Positions 1 through 9,373 of a stretch of DNA of 64,000 bases are shown here, one piece after another. The stretch is from contig JABEUN010000068.1 in NCBI GenBank assembly GCA_013044385.1, positions 7,466 to 71,465 on the forward strand. The letters are read 5' to 3'. Made by a program: the position numbers and the translations under genes. The stretch comes from Acidimicrobiaceae bacterium. Lineage in GTDB: Bacteria > Actinomycetota > Acidimicrobiia > Acidimicrobiales > Acidimicrobiaceae. Each line of letters opens with the position of its first letter. The stretch's first letter is position 1. Below the pieces are notes generated by a model. The model saw nothing but the letters and a program-made list of their open reading frames with translations, was not told the DNA's origin and searched no databases.

Positions 1-75
1 GTCGGCGTGACGGGTAGTGCCGTGTCGATCTACAACTTTGTCGAACTCCCCAACGTCTACCCACTGCCGTCATGA
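1..75 (+). CDS. 3' end of an unidentified CDS that starts before the window
   Basis: Frame 1 is open from base 1 to TGA at 73-75 (VGVTGSAVSIYNFVELPNVYPLPS*). It ends 12 nt before the next same-strand gene. The product cannot be recognised. Confidence 0.3.
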   Translation, partial: VGVTGSAVSIYNFVELPNVYPLPS

Positions 76-87
76 CGATTCAATGAG

Positions 88-1851
88 GTGCGAGCAATGA
101 TTGAAAGGTCGAAATTTAGAGGGTTGCGAAGGTTGATTCGCGATGAGTCTGGCGATGCGATGGTCATAGCGATAATTGCGAGCATGCTCATGGTGCTGCT
201 TCCGCTTCCGTTACTGGCGTCGTCATTCTCAGACGTACCACTAGCCCAGAGTGAAACCAACTTCCAGCGGGCGATGGGCGCCATTGATGCCGGAATTTCG
301 GACTATATGAATCGGCTAAATCAGGCGAGTGTTTCGCAGGCGGGGAACTACTGGCAGTACTCTTCGACTAACCTTCCGCCCGATGGAAATACTGCCTTTA
401 CCGGATGGGCGCAGGTACCTGGCACGTCGAGTGAATACTTCCATTACAACGTAATGAACTCGTCCTCGATCGCCTCCACCGGAGACGTGGTGCTGGAGGT
501 GACGGGTCTGTCGACCCTCGGTTCTCCCTCAGCTGAAAGAACAGTGGACGTAACATTGCAGTCTCGGGGATTTCTGCAGAACATGTTGATGTGGAACATC
601 TCTATGCTCGATCCGCAGTTGGCCCAGAGCGCAGGTTCCGGCCTCTCGGCATCTGAAGCTCAGGCCGAGTGTGCTTATGGTTGGGACCAACCGAATCCAT
701 CGGCCACCGGAAACGACTCAGACTCGTCCTACGGGGAGTCAGAAGCTAACTCATCGGCACCTAATAGCACATACGGCCCTGATCTAACCGAGTGCGCTGG
801 GCTTCTCAACTACTACGGGACCGGTAACACGTTTAATGGCCCGGTCTTCTCGAATGACATCTACTACATCTACGGGCAGCCGATCTTTAATGGCCCAGTG
901 TTCTCTGCGTCGACTAGGAATACGGCTTATGCAGTTGGATCGAACGATACCCACCCGTACTGGGTAGATGCCCAGTGCTGGCCGGGCGGAATCTGTAACG
1001 GTGATAACCCGATCTTCAACTCTGGCGGAGCGATTAAGCAATCGACAAAGCTTCCACTTCCGACGTCTGACTCCGAACTTATAACCATCGCAAAGACTGC
1101 AGGTTGCTACTATCAAGGTCCAACCCAGATCGACCTGAGTGGCTCGACCATGACCGTAATCTCACCAGAGACACCTGCAGGTATGAATCAGGCGAACTGT
1201 TTGGGAAACTCGATCCCGCTGCCTCCAAATGGTGTGGCGTACGTGGATGGGACAGCTACTACTTCGTCGTGTACTGCGGCATTAACTGGGACCGGCTATA
1301 GCTCACCACCCAACGGATGTGCAAATGGTGATGTCTTCATCCAAGGAAAACTCACTGGGCAGTTGACCATCGCAAGTGCGGACTCGATCTACATAACTGG
1401 AGACCTCGAATATACGAACTGCGCAGCTAGCGGCAGCTCTGACGCCCTCGGTTTGATCGCGAATGAATTCGTCTACATCTCGAACCACTTCGGCAGTTCG
1501 AACGTGACTACGGATAGCTGCACCGGACACAGCAGTCAGAATCCGGTTGTATACGGAGCCATTCTGGCGTTGAATCACTCCTTCGGGGTGGATGGCTTTT
1601 GGAATCTTACAAATACCACATCGGACACGATCTACTTCACGGGGTCCATGTCCGCAGATTTCATGGATATAGAGGGTGAATTCAGCGGGACGACACTTGT
1701 CCGAGGCTACAACATGTCATACAATTACGACCAGAGACTCAAGTACCTATCTCCGCCGTACTTCCTAAGTTCAGTCGCAGCGGCATGGTACCAAGCCAAC
1801 TTCACCGAGATCACCAACCCTGCTGCGGCTTCTCTCCCGAACCTCCCTTAG
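88..1851 (+). CDS. Large secreted Cys-rich protein with a pilin/PilX-like N-terminal hydrophobic segment (hypothetical)
   Basis: 587-aa ORF. The N-terminus is basic, then DESGDAMVIAIIASMLMVLL, resembling PilX_N or pseudopilin leader segments. Ten Cys, a duplicated FNGPVFS motif and beta-helix-like segments (GDVFIQGKLTGQLTIASADSIYITGDLEY). No catalytic motif recognised. Confidence 0.55.
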   Translation: MRAMIERSKFRGLRRLIRDESGDAMVIAIIASMLMVLLPLPLLASSFSDVPLAQSETNFQRAMGAIDAGISDYMNRLNQASVSQAGNYWQYSSTNLPPDGNTAFTGWAQVPGTSSEYFHYNVMNSSSIASTGDVVLEVTGLSTLGSPSAERTVDVTLQSRGFLQNMLMWNISMLDPQLAQSAGSGLSASEAQAECAYGWDQPNPSATGNDSDSSYGESEANSSAPNSTYGPDLTECAGLLNYYGTGNTFNGPVFSNDIYYIYGQPIFNGPVFSASTRNTAYAVGSNDTHPYWVDAQCWPGGICNGDNPIFNSGGAIKQSTKLPLPTSDSELITIAKTAGCYYQGPTQIDLSGSTMTVISPETPAGMNQANCLGNSIPLPPNGVAYVDGTATTSSCTAALTGTGYSSPPNGCANGDVFIQGKLTGQLTIASADSIYITGDLEYTNCAASGSSDALGLIANEFVYISNHFGSSNVTTDSCTGHSSQNPVVYGAILALNHSFGVDGFWNLTNTTSDTIYFTGSMSADFMDIEGEFSGTTLVRGYNMSYNYDQRLKYLSPPYFLSSVAAAWYQANFTEITNPAAASLPNLP

Positions 1852-2705
1852 CGGCTGATTCCGGTGGTGGTTGCTCCTCGGTAGATACAGACGTCGCAAC
1901 TCATCCTCACGTTCCCGCCAGATGCTTCTATGATGCGCTCGACCATGACGTCCAGAACTCGTTGGTCTCTGCCAATCTCAGCTCCGAAGCCGACCTGGAT
2001 CCCGTCGTGGTCGTTTTTGATCCACGCGGTCGCTTCTTGATGGATCCGGTCTACAAGGGCTCCGGTGTAAAGGAAGTAGGGCTGGACAATAATTCGTTTA
2101 GCTCCGAGCATGCTCAGCCGGTGAAGTCCATCAGCAACCGAAGGTTTAGCCAACGAAATGAAGCAACCCTCGACCAGGATCTGCTGGCCAAACAGCTCGT
2201 TGATCAGTCTTCCGATCTTGAAGAGATCCGAATTTGCGTCCTTGTCGGACGAACCACGTCCGACAAGCAGAATCGAGTCGAAGTCGTCTAATGGTACTAG
2301 GCGTATCTGCTCGGCGACGCAGTCGATTAGTGCGTCGTGGATCCCTAGATCAGCAGCGTAACTCGTTTTGGTGCTCGGCGACTTCAGGCGGGCGTAACGG
2401 GTCAAAGCAGCACCATCATCTTTGAGATGGCCGGCCGGCAATAGGATCATCGGTGCGATCACCAGATGCTTAGGCTCTCCGAGAAGCAGCTGGTCGATCG
2501 CTTCGTACATGTTTGGCTTACAAAGTTCGATGAATCCAGCACCGACCTTTGGCGAGATCATTGCATCCAGACGCTCTACAGCATCGAGGAACTGGTCTCG
2601 ACCCATTGTAGATCTCGTTCCGTGCCCCATGACGAAGACGGCGTCCACTCCGTCTGGTAACTGACGTCGTTTGGCTGGTGGGTCAACTCTAAGAGATCCC
2701 ATCAC
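1848..2705 (-). CDS. cbiX: Sirohydrochlorin cobalto/ferrochelatase, long two-domain CbiX form
   Basis: 285 aa with two CbiX-like halves (VFVMGHGTRS... and LLVGRGSSDKDAN...) and a C-terminal MSCDVC motif matching MxCxxC of Fe-S-containing CbiX-long. It overlaps cobH by 4 nt. Confidence 0.8.
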   Translation of the reverse strand: MMGSLRVDPPAKRRQLPDGVDAVFVMGHGTRSTMGRDQFLDAVERLDAMISPKVGAGFIELCKPNMYEAIDQLLLGEPKHLVIAPMILLPAGHLKDDGAALTRYARLKSPSTKTSYAADLGIHDALIDCVAEQIRLVPLDDFDSILLVGRGSSDKDANSDLFKIGRLINELFGQQILVEGCFISLAKPSVADGLHRLSMLGAKRIIVQPYFLYTGALVDRIHQEATAWIKNDHDGIQVGFGAEIGRDQRVLDVMVERIIEASGGNVRMSCDVCIYRGATTTGISR

Positions 2706-3331
2706 TGGCCAAGATCTGCGTGGTATGGCTCGACGATGCGACCTTTCATGATGTATCGATGGCCAGAGTCGATCCGTATGAGAGCATTTGCCGCTGCAGC
2801 GGCTGCTGCTGAACCCCCAGTGAGGCCGACGTTGGTGAAGTATTCAAGGGATGTGTCTACGAGCCTGCGCTTTGCCTCAGCGGCGCCAACAAATCCGACC
2901 GGTATTCCTATCACCGCAGAACCAGTTATAGAATCTTCTGCCGCAATTATGGCCTCGAGTGAGGTGGGAGAGCATCCGATTACGAAGAGCGCCGTCGGGT
3001 ACTTTTCAGCTGCGGTTCGCATGGACGCGAAGGAGTTGGTCTCATTTTCGGCCGCATCATATTCGAGTGATAGCGCCGAGATCGCCCGCCTTCCGGTGAT
3101 TCCTGCCGCCGTCATGGCCACATCAGTGATTATCGGCGAGCCAGCTTTGACGAGGTCGAGTGCCCGGGCCAAGAAGCCGGATGAGAACAGGGATCGCTTC
3201 GGATAGTCGAGATCCGTCGTGGAGTGAATAACCCGTGCTAGCACCTCTGCCTCGAGGTCTGAGAATCCACTTAGATCAACCAATTCACTGATGATGCCGA
3301 AGGATTCCACCTCGATTGGATGCGGAATCAA
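2702..3331 (-). CDS. cobH: Precorrin-8X / cobalt-precorrin-8 methylmutase
   Basis: 209 aa with the CobH/CbiC pattern: PIEVESFGII, VIHSTTDLDY, IGCSPTSL, IGIPVGFVGAAEAK, GGSAAAAAAANAL. Confidence 0.9.
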   Translation of the reverse strand: MIPHPIEVESFGIISELVDLSGFSDLEAEVLARVIHSTTDLDYPKRSLFSSGFLARALDLVKAGSPIITDVAMTAAGITGRRAISALSLEYDAAENETNSFASMRTAAEKYPTALFVIGCSPTSLEAIIAAEDSITGSAVIGIPVGFVGAAEAKRRLVDTSLEYFTNVGLTGGSAAAAAAANALIRIDSGHRYIMKGRIVEPYHADLGQ

Positions 3332-3546
3332 TTCGACACCACCGACACGGAATCCCTAGGGCATACCTCTATGCACGCGAAGCAGCCAATACACGCTGCT
3401 GTTGTCGAACTGCCTGGGTGGGTGGGAGCCTGAACCAGAAAGTGGGTTGGACAGGTGGATATACATAGGCCGCACGCAGTGCAGGAGAGATCGAATGAGA
3501 CCACGTAGTCGAATGAGGATTGTATGTCCATATGGGTCGCCGTCAC
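3328..3546 (-). CDS. Small 2x[4Fe-4S]-type ferredoxin
   Basis: 72 aa with two cluster motifs, CTACGLCISTCP and CIGCFACIEVCP. It has 4-nt overlaps with both neighbours (cobH and cbiG/cobJ). Confidence 0.8.
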   Translation of the reverse strand: MTATHMDIQSSFDYVVSFDLSCTACGLCISTCPTHFLVQAPTHPGSSTTAACIGCFACIEVCPRDSVSVVSN

Positions 3547-5249
3547 GTCTTTAGATGATAACCCCGAGGAGTGTACACACGGGAGCCGCTGAATCTTGTG
3601 GAGGTATTGCCGACGATGACGAGGGTCTCCATATCGACTGTTGACTGCTCTACCGCAGCCAGGGTGGTGATGGTAACTTGTTGTGACTTTCGACCGACCT
3701 TTCTCGCCAGGATCACCGGTGTGTTCGGACTCCTGTATCCGGCGAGGATGTCAAGTGCCCTGCTCAGTTGATCTGTTCTCTGTTTAGATCGTGGGTTGTA
3801 AAAGGCGACCACCAGGTCCGCCTCTGCTGCTGCGGCGATGCGCCTCTCAATGGCATCCCATGGAGTCAGGAGATCAGATAGTGAAATATAGACATGGTCG
3901 TGACCTAGGGGTGCTCCAGCTAGCCCAGCGGCTGCGAGTGCGGCGGTGACTCCTGGCACGATTCGGATTCTGGTGGAATCGAATCCGACAGTATCAGCCT
4001 CCTCGAACGCGAGGGCAGCCATTGCATACACCCCGGGGTCGCCCGAACATACCAGAGCAGTGTCGTATCCACTTCGGGCGGAACTGATTGCGTGTCTAAC
4101 CCGATCGGATTCTTCGCCTATTGGATATCTGTGGACCTCCTGGGATGGCCCCAACAGGTCATCTATCAGATCAATGTAAGGGCCGAATCCGATGATAACT
4201 TGGGAGCTCAGTATGGCTGATTGAGCATCCATGGTCCGCATTCCCGGTGATCCTGGTCCTATACCCACCACTCGCAGTTCGCCGCGTTGGGGCGAGCGCC
4301 TTGCGATTGCCAACGTTGCCATCGGAGATTTGATCTTCGCCAGGACCAGAGTTGAGTCGGGCCCCGCCCCCAAAAGCGAGGCCGCTTCGGCGACAGAGGC
4401 AGTTCCTACGGTCCTTTGCACTACCTCGCTTGGATTGGGTACCTCGATTGAACTTAGCTCCTCAGATGAGAAGGCCAGTATCCGTATGCCCAGCGAGCGA
4501 ACAGCATGATGGTCTGCCCGAATATCGATCGTCGCGATCGCCGCTATGGCATCTGAGGATAGGCCGGCCAAACGAATTCCTGTCTGAAGGAGTTCTGTCA
4601 ACTCCTCGGATGAACAATCCAATGAGCATCCGACGCCGACTGTGAGGCTGCTTGGGATTAATTGAACGACCCCGGTCGAGGAGATAGTGTCGATATCAGG
4701 TGCAGAGTCTGACACTACTATCACGGTCTCGTCGTCGCCTACCAAGAGTGTCGCTGGAAGGGGCCAGCCGTGCTCATTTATGAGACTCGGCGCACCTCCG
4801 TGGTTGATGGCGTTCTGAACCTTTGCGATAGCGCCTACGGCTGAGTACCCGGGGATAGAGTCCAATGCGCAGGTTCCGCTTATGTCCGAAAGCGTTGTGA
4901 TAACCGCCGTTGCGCCGATTGATTGGGATATAGACCTTGCGAGTAGGTTTGCTCCGCGATGCCCAGACAGCAGCGGTACTGCGAACTTCCCGTGCTCGTC
5001 GACGCTTACTACGGCCGGGTCCGTCGCCTTGTCTTTTATGTGCGGAGCGATGAGCCGGACCGCAATTGGAACAGCGGTTACGAAAATGACCTCCTGGTAG
5101 GTCTCGAGAATCGCTTCGATGTCTGCGCCTTTTACAGGCATAGTCAAACTGGACAGCCTCTTTGCGATCAAAAGCCCGGATTCGCTCAGGTACAGTACGA
5201 TTCTGCTCGCCGCAGCTGGGTTGGTGCCAGCCGTCACAGCGATCTCCAA
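3543..5249 (-). CDS. cobJ: CbiG-like protein fused to precorrin-3B / cobalt-factor III C17-methyltransferase (CobJ/CbiH)
   Basis: 568 aa. The C-terminal ~250 aa have the tetrapyrrole methylase signature (LRVVGIGPGSPGMRTMDA...ALVCSGDPGVYAMA). The N-terminal ~320 aa resemble CbiG (VTAVPIAVRLIAPHIKDKATDPAVVSVDE). Confidence 0.85.
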   Translation of the reverse strand: MEIAVTAGTNPAAASRIVLYLSESGLLIAKRLSSLTMPVKGADIEAILETYQEVIFVTAVPIAVRLIAPHIKDKATDPAVVSVDEHGKFAVPLLSGHRGANLLARSISQSIGATAVITTLSDISGTCALDSIPGYSAVGAIAKVQNAINHGGAPSLINEHGWPLPATLLVGDDETVIVVSDSAPDIDTISSTGVVQLIPSSLTVGVGCSLDCSSEELTELLQTGIRLAGLSSDAIAAIATIDIRADHHAVRSLGIRILAFSSEELSSIEVPNPSEVVQRTVGTASVAEAASLLGAGPDSTLVLAKIKSPMATLAIARRSPQRGELRVVGIGPGSPGMRTMDAQSAILSSQVIIGFGPYIDLIDDLLGPSQEVHRYPIGEESDRVRHAISSARSGYDTALVCSGDPGVYAMAALAFEEADTVGFDSTRIRIVPGVTAALAAAGLAGAPLGHDHVYISLSDLLTPWDAIERRIAAAAEADLVVAFYNPRSKQRTDQLSRALDILAGYRSPNTPVILARKVGRKSQQVTITTLAAVEQSTVDMETLVIVGNTSTRFSGSRVYTPRGYHLKT

Positions 5250-6580
5250 GCGATGAATACCGGGTTCTCCGCCGCCAACCTAATCGTGCCATCTGCGATT
5301 GTTCGTGCATTGGCGACGGCGACCTGGCAGAGGTGTCCCAAGGCCTTTTCTGCGATGATTGCGTGCTCCAGAGATGCCGTAGCGGCAACTATCCGACAGT
5401 CGGCGTTGACGCTCTTGATGACAGATTCAAGCAGTGGTGGACCTCCCCCTCCGATAAAGACAGCCTTGGCGTCGCCAAGGCCATCGAGACTATTCTCGGC
5501 GGAGTCGCAAACCACCTCTGCACGGAGAGAGAATCGGTGGAGGTTTTCTGATATCTCCGATATCCGCTCCGGATTCCTTTCGATAAGTGTGAGATTCAGG
5601 TCGGGCCGGAGCGCAAGTGCCGCTATTCCTACCGTTCCACTACCAGCGCCGAGGTCGTAGATTTTGGCTCCGCGTTCCAGCTGGTCTAATCCAAGTTTGG
5701 AGACAATGACAGCTCGAGTCTCCTCTTTTGTATATGGTCCCGTTGCATGCAGAAGGCCAGTGGTGGCAAAGACGGAACTCGGTGCGTCGCTTTTCATAGT
5801 CCGGGAAATGTGGGAACGACTGGCGACCGTAGCGTTAGAAGCGGTGTCAGATGGCACCCGGTATGCGATTAAGACTGCACTATTGAGGAGATCTGGGTCG
5901 ACCAACTCCGCCTCCGATGTGGTCGATCCCTCGAGCTCAGGGGTCCAGATTCTTTCGCAGTCGGTCCCTAGGCCCGTCATCGCCGAGAACTGCCATTTTT
6001 CGGCGGATCGGGAAGAGATGTATCGAAGTGCGAAGTTGGCATCGAAGCTTGGCGAGCATAGTAGAGCTACTTTGCTAATCAATACGTCCCGAATCGCAGT
6101 GTCGATGGCTGCGGTGAACTCCTCCACCTGCCGTCCGTGCATTGAGATGACGACGGCGTCGTCCCAGTTCAGTCCCAACCTAGCAAACGCGAGTGAGACC
6201 GAACTCGGGGCGGGATGAACTTCGTAGCTACCCGGCTCGAGCAACTTTGAGGCGAGTCTGGTCACGCCGAAGTATCCGGGATCTCCCGATGCAAGAAGAA
6301 CGATGGGAGGTTTCACAGAACCAAGGAGCTGGAATGTGTGGTAGAGCGGGGTTCGCCATTCGATGCGTTGCGCTGATTCTGCCAGGATCCAGTCGAGTGC
6401 CGCGAGCTTGTCTGTCGATCCGACGACGGTGGAGGCGGAAGAGAGTATCTCCGATATCTGAGGGCTGAGCGAGCTGGGATCGGTGCCGTTCAGCCCAACT
6501 ATAGAGATGGAGTTGCCGCGATTGTGGTGGCGCTGTGAGGGAGACAAGGATATGGAGTCCTCACCCATGGACTCCTCCAC
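5234..6580 (-). CDS. cobL: Precorrin-6Y C5,15-methyltransferase (decarboxylating), CbiE+CbiT fusion
   Basis: 448 aa. The N-terminal CbiE-type methylase (ISIVGLNG...LLASGDPGYFG) is joined to a C-terminal SAM-MTase CbiT motif (IYDLGAGSGTVGIAA). The start may be an internal Met (6568). Confidence 0.88.
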   Translation of the reverse strand: MEESMGEDSISLSPSQRHHNRGNSISIVGLNGTDPSSLSPQISEILSSASTVVGSTDKLAALDWILAESAQRIEWRTPLYHTFQLLGSVKPPIVLLASGDPGYFGVTRLASKLLEPGSYEVHPAPSSVSLAFARLGLNWDDAVVISMHGRQVEEFTAAIDTAIRDVLISKVALLCSPSFDANFALRYISSRSAEKWQFSAMTGLGTDCERIWTPELEGSTTSEAELVDPDLLNSAVLIAYRVPSDTASNATVASRSHISRTMKSDAPSSVFATTGLLHATGPYTKEETRAVIVSKLGLDQLERGAKIYDLGAGSGTVGIAALALRPDLNLTLIERNPERISEISENLHRFSLRAEVVCDSAENSLDGLGDAKAVFIGGGGPPLLESVIKSVNADCRIVAATASLEHAIIAEKALGHLCQVAVANARTIADGTIRLAAENPVFIAWRSL

Positions 6581-7682
6581 TTAGGCAAGCTGATCGTGCG
6601 ACAACCTTTGTTCCATCGAAATCTACCATTGTTACGTCCACGCAGACATTACGATTAACCAGCTTTGAACAAGTCTCTGCTGCCCACCGCACGAGTAGGT
6701 CCATCGGCTGCATCGATCCGGTCGCCTCACAAACTTCATAGAAGTGGCGCGCAGTCGAGGTTTCAGTTGCGGCCCGTATCACTTCGGAGGGTGCTTCTGA
6801 CTCCAAGGCGGCTCGTTCGAGTATCGAGGTGTCAAGATGGGATCGGTGGAAGTGTGTCATCGTGGTTCCGGTTGCCAGTTTCGCCACCTTGCCTACCATC
6901 CCAATCCAGTGCACAACGTTGAACCCTCTGCCTGATGCACGCTTGATTGCAACTCCAGTGAAGTCGCCGACTTCGACGGTTGAAAGGGTAGTGATCCCGG
7001 GGAATACTAGCGAGGCGAGACTGGCCGACCTCGAACCGGTAGCGAGACACACTTCAGTGAGCCCCTGGGCGGATGCGACATCTATCTGCTGGACTATAGA
7101 TGCTCTAAATGAAGCCGTGGAGAAGGGTTTGACTATTCCGGTGGTTCCAAGGATCGATATTCCACCGATGATTCCGAGCCTGGCGTTGGTGGTCTTGGTG
7201 GCCATAAGCTCGCCTCCGGGTACCGAGATCGTCACTTCCATGGCCTCTGGTGTAACTTCACGCACCGCCGCAGAGATCATTCGACGCGGGACTGGGTTGA
7301 TAGCGGCCTTGCCAACCTCCAGGCCAAGACCGGGCAGAGACACCATTCCAACGCCTTCACCACCGAGTATCTCAGTCTCAGTCAATCCTGGAACTCTTCT
7401 TGCCACCGCGGTGAGGTGTGCGCCGTCTGTGCAGTCTGGATCGTCACCTGCATCTTTGATAACGAACGGCCTTCCGGTTTCGTCTATCTGTATAGGGAAA
7501 CTTACGCGGTCACCCGATGGAAGTGCAATTTCCACAGATTCCGGTATGGTGCCAAATACCGCCAGTATGGCTGCGGCTTTAGACGCAGCTGCCGCACAGG
7601 TACCAGTGGTCCAGCCGGTCCTCAACTTACCCTTTGGAACCGGTCCCAGTCCTTCTTCGACCTGATGCGACTGCTCTGTCAC
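6561..7682 (-). CDS. cbiD: Cobalt-precorrin-5B (C1)-methyltransferase
   Basis: 373 aa with the diagnostic CbiD N-terminus LRTGWTTGTCAAAASKAAA and GGISILGTTGIVKPFS. The GTG start overlaps the cobM stop (TAGTG). Confidence 0.9.
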   Translation of the reverse strand: MTEQSHQVEEGLGPVPKGKLRTGWTTGTCAAAASKAAAILAVFGTIPESVEIALPSGDRVSFPIQIDETGRPFVIKDAGDDPDCTDGAHLTAVARRVPGLTETEILGGEGVGMVSLPGLGLEVGKAAINPVPRRMISAAVREVTPEAMEVTISVPGGELMATKTTNARLGIIGGISILGTTGIVKPFSTASFRASIVQQIDVASAQGLTEVCLATGSRSASLASLVFPGITTLSTVEVGDFTGVAIKRASGRGFNVVHWIGMVGKVAKLATGTTMTHFHRSHLDTSILERAALESEAPSEVIRAATETSTARHFYEVCEATGSMQPMDLLVRWAAETCSKLVNRNVCVDVTMVDFDGTKVVARSACLSGGVHG

Positions 7683-8497
7683 TAGTCTGTCACTCGTTTT
7701 TGCCTGTTCGTTGGACGACCAATGGTCTCTCCGACCTTCGAGCGTTTCCGATAGCGGTGGGCGAAACTGGGGCTGTAGAGATGGCTCCTGAGTTCGCCCT
7801 GCCCAGAGAGCGCATCACCCACAATGACTAGTACAGTCCTGCGAGCGCCCACTGAGTCCATTGCCTCTTTGAGGTCTCCCACAGTCGTCATAACGACTTG
7901 CTCATCAGGCCAAGTGACTCTCACCAGTACAGCGGCCGGTGTCTGGGTATCGAATTTAGATCCGTCGCAGAGGAGTTCTTTCTGGAGCTCTCCCGGTTGT
8001 GCGCCGGACAGGAAGATCGCAAGCGTCCCACCGACCCGTGCATAGGCGCCTACGGACTCTCCGTCTGGCACCGATGCGGCCGTTTTACCCGTAAGTCTGG
8101 TGTAGACGACACTCTGAGCCTTTCCGGGAACGGTCAGCTCTCTGGCTAGGACGGCAGATGCGGCAGAAGCGGAGGTCACGCCGGGTACGACCTCGAACTG
8201 CATACCCCTTGTCTCGCAGTACTCGATCTGCTCTGCAATAGCACCGTAGATGGATGGATCTCCCGAGTGGAGTCTCACGACGTTCTTGCCAACGGAGCTT
8301 TCATAGATAGCCAACACGTCCTCAAGGGTCATTCCCGATGAGTCGTGCAGTTCCACACCATCTCTGGCGTGGCGCAGGATTCCCTCTGGTACAAGTGAGG
8401 AAGCCCATATAACTATGTCGGCTCGACTAAGTCGATCCACCCCTCTGAGAGTGATGAGGTCGTCTGCACCGGGACCTGCACCTACGAAACTGATCAA
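7682..8497 (-). CDS. cobM: Precorrin-4 / cobalt-precorrin-4 C11-methyltransferase
   Basis: 271 aa: MISFVGAGPGADDLITLRG...RLHSGDPSIYGA, a typical CobM/CbiF. Confidence 0.9.
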   Translation of the reverse strand: MISFVGAGPGADDLITLRGVDRLSRADIVIWASSLVPEGILRHARDGVELHDSSGMTLEDVLAIYESSVGKNVVRLHSGDPSIYGAIAEQIEYCETRGMQFEVVPGVTSASAASAVLARELTVPGKAQSVVYTRLTGKTAASVPDGESVGAYARVGGTLAIFLSGAQPGELQKELLCDGSKFDTQTPAAVLVRVTWPDEQVVMTTVGDLKEAMDSVGARRTVLVIVGDALSGQGELRSHLYSPSFAHRYRKRSKVGETIGRPTNRQKRVTD

Positions 8498-8589
8498 CGT
8501 TCAACCTCTTGCTCGACCGGGAAGTCTTCTGACCCAATACATCGTAGAAGGTGGCGGCGAAGTCTGTTTGAGTGGAGACCCGAGTGCCT

Positions 8590-9306
8590 CTATCTGGCTA
8601 CCGGGGGAAAAACGAGTGTCGACAGGTAACCGACGGTATCCTCATCGGTGTCGGCCAAGGTCTTCACCTCAGAGTCGGACATCCCTACCTTGATTCCGAT
8701 CCATCCGCTTTCGAGCCGACCGGTAATCGCCGCTGTCTCCTTGATGCGCCCCAGATTGGCGCCCCCTTTGTAGATCACTACGGCTGAGCTGGGATCTGAA
8801 AGGGCCATCTCTAGGTCGTTCCCGACGTTGAGTCCGGTGAGAAGTCGAAAGGACTCCTCCTCGTCCAGCAGCTTGATGCCGGCTTTTGCGACAACATCCT
8901 GGAACGCCATGATTCCTGGAACCGATTCGATTTCGATCTCCGGGTCCATTCCGCCTACCGACTCGGCTAAGAGCGAAAACGTGGAGAACACATTGGGATC
9001 GCCAATTGTGACGAATGCGGCACTCTGCCATGACTGGCCAGTGGACAGGATGCTTTGAGCCGCCCGTTCTGCTGCTGCTCTTCGTCCTTGGATTCCCGCC
9101 CCGCCAGGGGTCATTTCGAAAAGGATCCTGGTGACAGAGAGATCCGGACAAACAGAAAGGATGATCGTCTCGGCACGACCCGCTTCCGCCAAATCCGTCG
9201 TAGGTGCGAGAATTAGATCCGATGATCGAAGTACGGAGAGAGATTTAAGGGTCATAAGGTCGGGATCGCCTGGGCCAACACCTACTCCAATCAGTCGTCT
9301 GATCAA
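8590..9306 (-). CDS. cobI: Precorrin-2 / cobalt-factor II C20-methyltransferase
   Basis: 238 aa: LIGVGVGPGDPDLMTLKS...FVTIGDPNVFSTF, a CobI/CbiL-type methylase. Confidence 0.88.
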   Translation of the reverse strand: MIRRLIGVGVGPGDPDLMTLKSLSVLRSSDLILAPTTDLAEAGRAETIILSVCPDLSVTRILFEMTPGGAGIQGRRAAAERAAQSILSTGQSWQSAAFVTIGDPNVFSTFSLLAESVGGMDPEIEIESVPGIMAFQDVVAKAGIKLLDEEESFRLLTGLNVGNDLEMALSDPSSAVVIYKGGANLGRIKETAAITGRLESGWIGIKVGMSDSEVKTLADTDEDTVGYLSTLVFPPVAR

Positions 9307-9373
9307 TCTAAGGCCCCTGTCATCTGGTGTGGATTCGTGGCGGTATAGCCCATTGGTAACTCGTTTCTGGGCT

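Noticed and set aside
6829-7665. 278-aa ORF on the plus strand, with similar long ORFs at 4959-5660, 5664-6218, 15694-16164, 20704-21093, 27610-28275, 38049-38549, 38770-39441 and 61338-62042.
   Set aside because: All lie antisense to, or out of frame with, genes that have unmistakable family motifs. Their translations are Arg/Ser/Pro/Ala-rich with no motifs, which is typical of shadow ORFs in moderately GC-rich DNA.
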